Shown here piece after piece: positions 49,801-60,200 of a stretch of DNA of 64,000 bases. Below the pieces are notes generated by a model. It was not told the origin of the DNA and did not search any database. It was given only the letters and a program-made list of their open reading frames with translations. The DNA is taken from assembly GCA_030141605.1 (NCBI GenBank), contig JAQGDQ010000134.1, positions 394,816 to 458,815 of the forward strand. The letters are read 5' to 3'. A program made the translations under genes and the position numbers. This DNA comes from Tubiluchus corallicola. Lineage: Eukaryota > Animalia > Priapulida. Every line of letters begins with the position of its first letter. The first letter of the stretch is position 1.

Positions 49801-52206
49801 CAAACTATTCTGGTACACACCTCTGCCAGGATAAGATGCTACTTGGTGGATGTGCTCGTCGTCTTTACTACCCTTTGTTCCGTGAGTGCGACTCACAACC
49901 GACTTCTGCCTAGTCTCTTTGACAGCAACTTCTCTGCCTATGTCTTGGTGAGAAGTAGACTTGCGAACTGGAAATTTCGATGTGCTCTTGCTTGGATCTT
50001 CCTCAGACATATCTTTTTCACTTTTCTCCTTTACATGTGCTTTAGAAGCCTCTTCTTTTTCGTGCCGTTTTTTGTCTATGTGGTCACTAGTTTCTTTTCT
50101 ACTGCTACTTTCAGGTTTTTTAGTTTCTGATTTCTTGTCTCTTGAAGGCTTATCATGTTTTTTGCTCGAAGTTTTCTCGTCTACATCTTTTACATCTTTC
50201 TTAGATGCCGTTTTCAGTGCATCTTTTTTGGATTCATCGCCAGACTGCTTTTTAGAATCTTTGGTGTATTCAGCTATATTGGGTTTACTTTCGAGTCTTA
50301 CACTTTTTTTAGAAGCTGCTGATTTAGCTTTGTCTGAAGTGTGTTTCTCATCCTTATCATCTGTTGATTTATGTTTATCTGATGTGTGTTCCTTATCTTT
50401 ATCATCTGCTGATTTATGTTTCTCTGATTTGTCTTTCTTATCTTTATCATCTGCTGATTTATGTTTCTCTGATTTGTCTTTCTTATCTTTATCATCTGCT
50501 GATTTATGTTTGTCTGATTTGTCTTTCTTATCTTTATCATCTGCAGATTTATGTTTGTCTAATTTGTCTTTTTTACCTTTATCATCTGCCGATTTGTCTT
50601 TCTTGTCTTTATCATCTGCTGATTTATGTTTGTCTGATTTGTGTTTCTCATCTTTATCAAATGCTGATTTGTCTTTCTCATCTTTATTGTCTGCTGTTGT
50701 ATGTTTCTCTGATTTGTCTTTCTTATCTTCAGCATCTGCTGATTTAGGTTTCTCTGATTTGTCTTTTTCATCTTTATTGTCTGCTGATTTATGTTTCTCT
50801 GATTTGTCTTTCTTATCTTTATCATCTGCTGATTTATGTTTCTCTGATTTGTCTTTCTTATCTTTATCGTCTGCTGATTTGTGTTTCTCTGATTTGTCTT
50901 TCTTATCTTTATCATCTGTTGATTTATGTTTCTCTGATTTGTCTTTCTTATCTTCAACATCTGCTGATTTAGGTTTCTCTGATTTGTCTTTTTTATCTTT
51001 ATCATCTGCTGATTTATGTTTCTCTGATTTGTCTTTCTTATCTTTATCATCTGCTGATTTATGTTTCTCTGATTTGTCTTTCTTATCTTTATCATCTGTT
51101 GATTTATGTTTCTCTGATTTGTCTTTCTTGTCTTCAGCATCTGCTGATTTAGGTTTCTCTGATTTGTCTTTCTTATCTTTATCGTCTGCTGATTTATGTT
51201 TCTCTGATTTGTCTTTCTTATCTTTATCATCTGTTGATTTATGTTTCTCTGATTTGTCTTTCTTGTCTTCAGCATCTGCTGATTTAGGTTTCTCTGATTT
51301 GTCTTTCTCATCTTTATCGTCTGCTGATTTATGTTTCTCTGATTTGTCTTTCTTATCTTCAGCATCTGCTGATTTAGGTTTGTCTGACTTCTCCATTTTG
51401 TCCATGGCAGATTTCACCGTAGTTTTTGATTGAGAATGTTTGGCACTATCTTTTTCTTTTTTATCTCCTCCAGCAGAAGTTTTTGAGGGTGAGTGTTTAG
51501 TGCTACTTTTACTTTTCTTATCTCCTTTGCCAACTGAAGTAGTTGAAGCAGAATGTTTGGTTCTACTTTTTGATTTAGAATCTGGACTACTTTTCTTATT
51601 CACGTTGGAGTGCTTTGATGAAGATTTCTTATCGCTCTTACGAGAATCCCTTTTGCCTGTTGAAGTTTTTGAGGCAGAATGCTTGACATGACTTTTTGAT
51701 GTAGAAGAGTGCTTTGATGAAGATTTCTTGGGACTCTTATGAGAATCCCCTTTGCCTGTTGAAGTTTTTGAGGCAGAATGCTTGATGTTACTTTTCGATT
51801 TAGAAGCCAGATTATCTTTTTTACTTACACTAGAGTGCTTTGACGAAGATTTTTTGGCACTTTTATGAGAATCTCCTTTGCCTGTTGAAGTTTTTGAGGC
51901 AGAATGCTTGACGTGACTTTTTGATTTAGAAGCCGGATTATCTTTTTTACTTACACTAGAGTGCTTTGACGAAGATTTTTTGGCACTTTTATGAGAATCC
52001 CCTTTGCCTGTTGAAGCTTTTGAGGCAGAATGCTTGACGTGACTTTTTGATTTAGAAGCCGGATTATCTTTTTTACTTACACTAGAGTGCTTTGACGAAG
52101 ATTTTTTGGCACTTTTATCACCTTTTGATTTAGATTTAGCAGAAGATGGCCGTGAGCTGCTCTTCTTATCTCTATCTTTCTTACTGTCTTTACTTTTAGA
52201 AGGCAT
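46846..52206 (-). CDS. Lys/Ser/Asp-rich repetitive protein fused to a C-terminal catalytically inactive single rhodanese domain (TSTD1/CG4456-like), 910 aa, 4 coding exons
   Basis: Exons 52206-49821, 49564-49445, 48278-48119 and 46912-46846 are GT-AG with phases 1, 1 and 2 (2733 nt). C-terminus: YYLIDLRSQDEIETSGKLESALNIPLDQLKDALDLSPETFKEKY...IVFSSTFDKRPEEASQLANEMGYKKTNQYPGGYDLW. A splice acceptor lies 23 nt upstream of the ATG. Confidence 0.8.
47488..47948. mobile_element. Tc1/mariner (Tc2/pogo-like) MITE
   Basis: TA|ccgtattttcccatgtataagagaccc ... gggtctcttatacacgggaaaatacag|TA, with an internal third copy of the TIR motif at ~47872. Confidence 0.85.
48392..48856 (+). mobile_element. Degenerate Helitron/Helentron-associated (HINE-like) repeat
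   Basis: aaacaaga start and cttgtgacccaaaaatca...cttcct...atgggtgacctatatgtgaa resemble, from memory, common mollusc-type non-autonomous Helentron repeats. Confidence 0.35.
48907..49328. mobile_element. MITE with long internal inverted arms
   Basis: catttgtgaaagag...catgtag...ttccaaaaaaagttacaaatttccctc (48978-49051) is inverted relative to gagggacatttgtagctctttggaa...ctacatg...ctcttttacaaatg (49200-49271). Confidence 0.65.
50330..51390 (-). repeat. Coding 45-bp tandem repeat (15-aa KDKSEKHKSADDKDK), >20 copies
   Basis: Unit tctgatttgtctttcttatctttatcatctgctgatttatgtttc, period 45. Confidence 0.93.
51650..52120 (-). repeat. Coding 126-bp tandem repeat (42-aa KSAKKSSSKHSSVSKKDNPASKSKSHVKHSASKxSTGKGDSH), ~3.5 copies
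   Basis: Repeated blocks in both the DNA and the 812-aa ORF translation. Confidence 0.9.
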
Positions 52207-54084
52207 GCTCTGTCACTAAGATGCTTGTCCTGAAAAGGCAGTGACAAATGACCAAACAAAAAGTTTAAAATTAGCGTAAGGGAATTTTTAGAGAATCAGA
52301 GTATACTAATTTGTTACCCTAGTGATACTACATTTCATTAGCGTGACTCAAAGTCAGGTGGAAAAAGCTACAGTAAATTGATTTAACTCTTTTTGCCAAA
52401 ATTCCAAGTGCAGCTTTCATGGCATCACTCATGAATCTACTGATCAGGTTCAGTGTTCTTTAACTACAGCCACTAAGCACACACTGTGGTCACGTAACCA
52501 TCCCCGTCACACCAGTGTTACTGATAATTGTACATTTAGTAAACAAAACAATGCGTATTTTTCCAGCAATATATGGCTGTGTGTCACTTATACTTATATA
52601 TTAGTTATTACCCCAGTTTAACAAATGTCGAAAAAAATAAGTATTCCTAATTTTGGCATGTCCACACCAGGCCAGCCAACAGCCCGAGTTTGAATGCAAA
52701 GACGTGTATAAGCCTAATTCAGAATAATAATGCAAGAAACTTGTTACAAATTTGGGCTAATTCATGAGACAAAATTGCGAATGTACTGGCTAAATTCCCG
52801 ACTACTGAACTAGCAACTAAGATATAGTAACAGCCCTCTCTTGTTACGTAATTAATGTCCGCTTTCGTAGTCTTTCTAGTAGACCTAATTTTGTTTTTAC
52901 TGCAGTAGCAAGCCAGATATTTAGTAGTTCTTTATTTTGTTATGGTGTTAAGTGAATCTAGTAAAAAATCGTTTTAATTTTACGCCAACATTTTCATCTG
53001 AATTATTTTGGCATTATTGGTAGTTTAGTCGCATTGTTTTGTAAAATAGAGCAGCAAGATAATGTAGAAACACATTGCTTTAAATATTCATTTGCACTAC
53101 GTTCAGTCATCCAATGATGTATTTACCTACATATTGTACAAAACTCGGACATAGTGAACTTTAGGGCAGCAGTACGAGACTTTGACCTGACATTGACCAG
53201 TAGTCGTACAAATGACCACTATTTAGTGTTAGTTACTGTTATTGGTATTTCGTTGCCAAGCATGCGCGCTGCAGTAATATTCTAGTAAAGGATACTGCAG
53301 TCTGCAGTACAAGTATCTATATTTAAATTCAAATTCCCAAATTGTGGTGTTTTCACATTCAAACTTTGCCCGCTTTTCCTTTCAATCCACATAGGAACCC
53401 ACAGAATCAACTTACAATAGTACGTACACTTCAAAATTCTTAAAGAATGTCATGACAACTCTTTGGTCTTACTCTTAGCAAATGGCGTCTGGTCAATTTA
53501 AAACGGCCCTTTATTTGCATAACGGATCTTTGTCGCGATGATAATAAAAACGACAAACTATCCGTCTTTGTACATGGCAAAATGCGGCCGAAAAATATTA
53601 AAACACGAGCAACAGTCTAAGCAGTATACTGCAAACCGAAGTAGCAGATAAAACTTAATTTCTATGACATGTTCTGAATAATACGTTGCTAAGTAACGTT
53701 ATCACGTGATGTTCATGATTTCAGGTTTTGCCATGTAAGCGCAACTGCAGAGCGCATTACTTCAACATTTTCGATTCCTTATGTCGGCTGCTGCAACTCG
53801 GCTAGGTACACAGCACGCGAATGGTAAGTAGCCACTGACCAGCAAAGGAAATAATTATACTCATTAACATCAGCAAGTATTTTTGCTCAAGTGATCCTTA
53901 TGGCTTTACACCTATCACCATCGCGTTATTAATAATTATGCACTACTGAGTTACTGCGCAATCTTTCTCTTTTTGAGTAAAGATGACCATTTTGAGTAAA
54001 TATGACTTCTTCGTCCGGACTCATCGCCACTATGATCTATGTTGACATTCGATGAAACTGTTTGAATGTTTCTATTGTACCAAA

Positions 54085-54230
54085 GTAAGAGGTCACTTCT
54101 TCACTGAAAGAGTATTCCCTGCTGGAATGCCTTGCCAGACGATGTGATTTGTGCCCCAAATGTCAGTATTTTCAAAAGCAAATCGAGGGTTCATCGTCAA
54201 AGTCATGTGGCCAGCTGAGTTATTAAGTTT
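54085..54230 (+). mobile_element. CR1-type LINE 3' relic
   Basis: VRGHFFTERV, a frameshift, then WNALPDDVICAPNVSIFKSK; this matches the FFxxRV..WNxLP...FK C-terminal motif of CR1/L2 ORF2. Confidence 0.7.
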
Positions 54231-54424
54231 TGAAAGGTAAATTTTGGTGTGGTCCAGATATTAGACTACAACGGTTGAACTTGGAGTTTAGTATCTCTCA
54301 ACTGCAAAAATCAAAAGTGTGACTGTGCATCACTTACTTATCTTTCTTTCCATGGGCATTAGCCTACGACTACTTATTATGCTAGTGCCTGTAGATGCAT
54401 TTATGAGAAAAGGAAATCAAAATA

Positions 54425-54502
54425 TACACACGCTTACATGCACACGCGCATGCACGACACACACACGCACGCACGCACGCACACACACAGACACACACAC
54501 AC
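54425..54502. repeat. (CA)n/(CACG)n microsatellite
   Basis: Directly visible. Confidence 0.9.
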
Positions 54503-55585
54503 TATAGCTACCCTGCTAGAAAAGTCATGAAAAAATACGTCTATTCGTTTGAGCTAGCTGCTCAATGAAATATTAATTTTTATTGTATCAATGAAGCTTG
54601 TGTTTTATACCTAACGGACTTACAAGGGCTAGCCGTCCACAGATAAATGCGTATATTGACCTTGGCCTACAAAAAAACCTGCCTATGTTAGACATTTCAG
54701 ATCCTACACAAAACACTCACGTTGCGAGAAAACAAAAGGCAACTGAAAAAAATTATTAAATTGTCATTTTATTGATTTTATTTTCTTTATTATTATCACA
54801 TGTTTTTACATATCACAGTACAAAGCCAGTCTAAACAAAACACAAAGTAATTCGTTAGTACAACCTTACAAAATAAACCAGGCCCCATAATAATTAAGAA
54901 TATGCCATGTTTGTACAACTGCAAATAAAAGCAATGTTTAGCAACATTGCAGTAAAGTAATTTTGTGTTTTATTGCATTATCATTGTAGTATGGGTAGAG
55001 GTGCTATTATGTAGCATACTGGTGAGACTATAACAAAGCCAATGTTGGACATGGCAAGATATTTTTAATCTTAATTCTGATGTTATTCCCTACCGAAAAT
55101 TTAACAAGTTGATCACATAAAATCAGTACATTTTTTGTGGCTAAAGAGGATCTGGACAAATGCTGTATAGCTTACTGTAAATGCGGGTTTAAATGGTGCT
55201 ACCATTTTAAAGCCCAACTGAATAGATGCAAAAAGTTTGACCAAAGATATTTTAATTTATTTGACAAAGCGGATTGCTAGAACTCAATGATTTTAACGGT
55301 TTTATCATATGACAACTAGTGATTGAAGTTCTGATAAATGAATTAAGCAGTTCTGCAATGGTTAGAAAAAATTTCGAGTTACCGTGATCGCATATAGTTA
55401 ACCATACATGCTTAGCACGACAATACTAGTCTACACACTTAGCAACTCACACAAGTCTGCTATCTTTTCGTTTTTGAATATAGCAAGCATAGCAGCATTA
55501 ACTACTGCCAACTCATTGTCAAGCATTGTCAAATACTGAACTCATCTTTCACCTTGAAACTTGATACATTACTAAGGAATATATA

Positions 55586-56055
55586 CCGTATATACATGTC
55601 TACAAGTCGACCTTATGTACAAGTCGATGTGCATTTTAAGACCAAAAATTACATCATTTTATATATTACCTGGGTAAAAGTCGACCATAAAAACTAAGAT
55701 CTTCCAGAGTAAATGATGTCAACAATGGCCGAGTAATAAATCAATAGCCTACTGTGTAAGATACAGGTAATATATAAATTTTAACTTGATTTTACATACA
55801 TTAAAATAAATTACAGTAATATTTGTTAATTTTGTTAACTAATGTCAAGATGCAAACATTCTCTGATGTGAAGTATCACAGTATAAGTGTTCATTCAGTC
55901 CAGCGTATAATGAAGGATTATTTCTTTACATATTCGTATTGTAGACGACTCTTTAGCGACATCTCTCAAAAACATATCGTAAATATAAGCCAACCCCAAA
56001 AATTTCACCTTGAAATCGCCTCCCAACAATTCGACTTGTACATAAGTATATACGG
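55586..56055. mobile_element. Tc1/mariner (Tc2-like) MITE
   Basis: TA|ccgtatatacatgtctacaagtcga ... tcgacttgtacataagtatatacgg|TA, with repeated aagtcga subterminal motifs. Confidence 0.85.
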
Positions 56056-57215
56056 TAAGTGAATTAGGTATATCAATGTAGCAAAAGTGGGAATGTAAAG
56101 AATGTTACGAAATCTTACAATAAGAGGCAAAATTTAAGTTACAAAAACATTTGATATTTAGACGAAAAATTACAAGTTACATTCATGTATTAACGCTTAA
56201 ACATTACACTTTAATCCAGCTACGTTTTATTTTAACAGTTAATTATCATTGCATCATTTCAATTCATATACGTGTGCTTGCACAGCAAAAACGCCTGGAA
56301 GTCGGCAGTTAAGCTTTTTAGTTATTCACATATTCTGAATCTCTATTTCATGAGGATCATTTTGATATCAAGCTTATCACTCTATGTTATTGTGATAAAC
56401 TCAGATAATCCACGTTGAAGTTGAGGTGCAGGCCGCACACTGGAAAACATAACCTTGAAACAAATTGCTGTTTTAAAGTTTACAATTGCTTTGGTGCATT
56501 TCTACAAAGCACTTAAAACCATTCAAAAGGTTGGTTCCTATTGATGTTACAAGAGCTCAATGAAGTTATGTAGATGGCTCTTCCAAACGAAGATCTTGGC
56601 TTGGCAACAGAAAAATCTGCAAACAAAACAACTACTTCCGCAAGTTACTATCAGAGTTTGAAAATACCTGGTTTTGACAAATGCAATACAGTTTTTATGC
56701 AGAGAAGTGGGTAACGAGTTATAAAATCAATTTTTTTAGTATTTTCTAAACAATTCACTGACATTTATGATGCTAGAACATAAAAGTCCAATATATTCAC
56801 CATTTGTTTTTGTAAAAAGACAAAAATTGATATAGGACCCAAGTTTTAACGCATTCAATTTTGAAGCACCAAAACACAGTTTTAGCTATGCCGACTTGTG
56901 GACAGTTTTGGTTTGCAAGCACACGTTTTAAAAACCACTATTTAACTCACTTGGCTGTTTTCTTAGGGGAATATTCGCTCAATTACTAACTTAGACAAGA
57001 TGTCAACACTGAAGAAGGATTTACGATATTCATTATACAAATCAAACAAATTTAGAACTGTTCATCCTGCCTAATAATTAACCTTCCAATGCCATCATTA
57101 TTGACAGTTAATTGTTCACAGCTGTAAGAGCTACGTTGCCACAACTAGCAGTTTTTACGACACCACGCGAATCACTATAATTTTACTGTAATAAAGAAAA
57201 TTCCAAAACCGACAT

Positions 57216-60200
57216 CTAAAGTTTTGCTTTTCCAGGTGCCGGTAACACGTCCTTCAGTTTCATAGCAAGGCCCATGTTTCCTGAAAGCTTTAACTTCTTC
57301 TGGAAGAAGGCCTGAAAACAGAGAATGAGCTGAAACTAGTCCATTTTGATCACAAATGAAGTACAATAGTCATCTGTGCAAATCCAAGTTTTGCAAATAA
57401 AAATCATTCGACAGATTAGCAACAATTTTTGGTCTAAATATGTCACTGACATGTCCCTTAACATATACACGAATACGAATGACTAGTAATCACAATACGG
57501 CAATATGAAAACTGCCATTCTCAATGAAATTATGAACACAAATGTGTGAAGAAGAAAATAATATCTAGACAATCAAAAATCATAAATGCTTTTGCAAGAA
57601 TATCTTATGTTCATAATTAAGCTGTTGGTCAGGTACTAGATTATTTGAAACAGATGCAGTATTTCATCAATGTTAAGCTATTGGTTTTTTACCGTTTGAG
57701 GATTGAGCTTTCCAGATGATAGTTTCAATAAATCATCATCACTGATAGTAATCGTACAGTCAACTTTATCTGTAACACAAGTGCACGATAGTTGTAACAA
57801 GTCGGTTCATTTAATTAGAGTATCTGAGAGATCACTACAAGTCTTACCAACAATACTTTGGCTGAAAAATCCTAGAAGATTGTGAATCACTATACTGCAA
57901 TTAAGCTTAAAGGTTTGCAAGGAACATGTCTTTGAATATTCTTGCATTTTTTGCCACTTTTGATGAAGCCTCAACAAAATAGAGCATTTTTAACTATTAT
58001 CTATGTCAGGATGTCATACAAAATTTCATAGTCATAGAAATCATTTTACTATCAAACTAATTTTCCCGGGATTACTGGTACTGTCTGTATTTGCAGGATT
58101 ACACCGATCAAGGGTTGCAAGTACAATAGCTACTTCCATTTCAAAGAACAAAGATTAACTACGAGATTACCTTGGTTTGCGTTTATATTTCATTACACTG
58201 CAAAGAACATTAAATATGTTGAGGACATTTTTTTAATATCAGCACCAAGCTTGTACATTTGTTATGTGAGGTATAGATGTTTACACATTTGCATTAGAAA
58301 AAATAAGGCTGTGTGCGTAAAATATGCCATCCATCAAAACAGTAAACAGAAAACGCATTAACTAGTAACACTACATGCAAGTGAGATATCAAGTCACCTG
58401 CTGGTCCAACTTTTACGGATCCAGTTCCGTTCTTCACATCTACAACCCAAGTGCCTTCCTTTCCGCTTGGACCACCCGTGACCTTGAAAGCATAAACTCC
58501 GCCTACTTTCTTGACAATACTGGCACCATCCTGAGACAGAAGTCATAATGACTTGGGTATTAAAACAGAAAACAACACGAATTTGAATAAATTCCAGGAA
58601 TAAATTTATTAGAATAGGCTCATAATAAACCATCATTAAATTTCTTGTTAAATATTTTTGTGTTTTTGGAGTGTCATTGTTGTTCTTTCATAATTCATTA
58701 TATACTGTAATATCTACTTATTCTACTAGAACCTGCTATAGGTAAGCCTTGATGATTCTCAACAATGCGAACTGATCATATGTGACTACAGCATACGTCC
58801 ATAACATGTCAACCCAAGCAATGTTTGTGAAGTTGGTGTTGGGTTTCCATATTGCGGAAGAATTGTTAGCACACTACAAATAGTTAGACCAAGAAAATTT
58901 GGATCATAAATGACGAATCAAGTAGTCTGCAACAGAACGAAAAAGAGGCACCCATAAGATAATGACACATGATCTCCATTTCGCAGACGCAACACAAATG
59001 GAAATGAATAAATGTATAAAAATATGTAAATTTCCAGTAACCCGATCAAAGCTACTTTTGCAGTCGATTCTAAAGTTCTTTTAAGCAAATAACATCGAAG
59101 AGAATCAGTAATAATTGTGGAAATACGCAACAGACGTTTCGAATTTTGAATCTTTCAAAAATTGATCAAAGTTGTGACTTCATTAAATCTTCAAAATCTG
59201 TGTACTCTTAAACTATGTGCCTTTTGTCAGAAAACTTAAAATTGTCTCGTAGTTAAACTTGCTTTAGTTAGCTCATGTACAAACAGTTGTTGAATTCATT
59301 TCAGTAAACATTCATTTGCCTTTAAGACGACAGAATTTTTTTTAATTTTACAGTCATGAACTTTTCCATATTCGATGCAAAATACAAACAGGAGATCAAT
59401 ATAGATTAGCAATTAACACCTGGCAGTGAACAGTCCGGCTGGCATGACTACGAAATTTTAGCATCTTGATGAGACGAAATAAGAATTAAGAACTCCCATA
59501 GTAGATCATTAATAAGCATAGGACTCTTAACTTATTTTGGATGCAATCAGTAGTGTTGTAACGTAAGCCACAAATTCTAAAAGAATCAATCACTGTTTCT
59601 TTACAGAATTAAAAAAAGATTTAATGTCTAGAGGAGAATGCTTGAGAAAATACCTGTTTTAGCTTGGTCTCAATCTCTTTGAAAACACCGCTGCTCTTAA
59701 ATCCATCATTGCCACCGCCTGTAGCTGGTGCTGCCGCTGGTCGTTGTCCAGCAGGTGGCAGCACGTCATTCAGTTTCATCACTAATGCCATATTTCCGGT
59801 TAGCTTTAATTTCTTTTGAAAGAAGGCCTAAAAGTAGACAGATTATTTTGGCTTTACTGCATTTCAGAGGAACACGCAACTGCAGAAATTCAGTACAATT
59901 GCTATTATAGCTTCAGTCTTCACATTCCAGACCTACTTTAAACCATATTCATAATAAACAAGAACACATCTCAATATGTCTATTCAAACAAAATAAGAAA
60001 GACACAGAAATTAAAATAAAGTTAGAAAAACACATATTTCTGCCTTCTATTTATGTTGTTACGAAGTTAAAATTTCCAAGTCACATTTGTTATAAATTTC
60101 ACAGATTGTTTAAGGAAATTCATCAAAATTAAAAGATGCTCAAATTTCAGATATAAATAAGGCCTTTCATTGAAATGCTTTAATTGCTGCTTGAGGTACA

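Noticed and set aside
49961-51433. 490-aa antisense ORF and 268-aa alternate-frame ORF
   Set aside because: Stop-free shadows of the 45-bp coding repeat, with no independent evidence.
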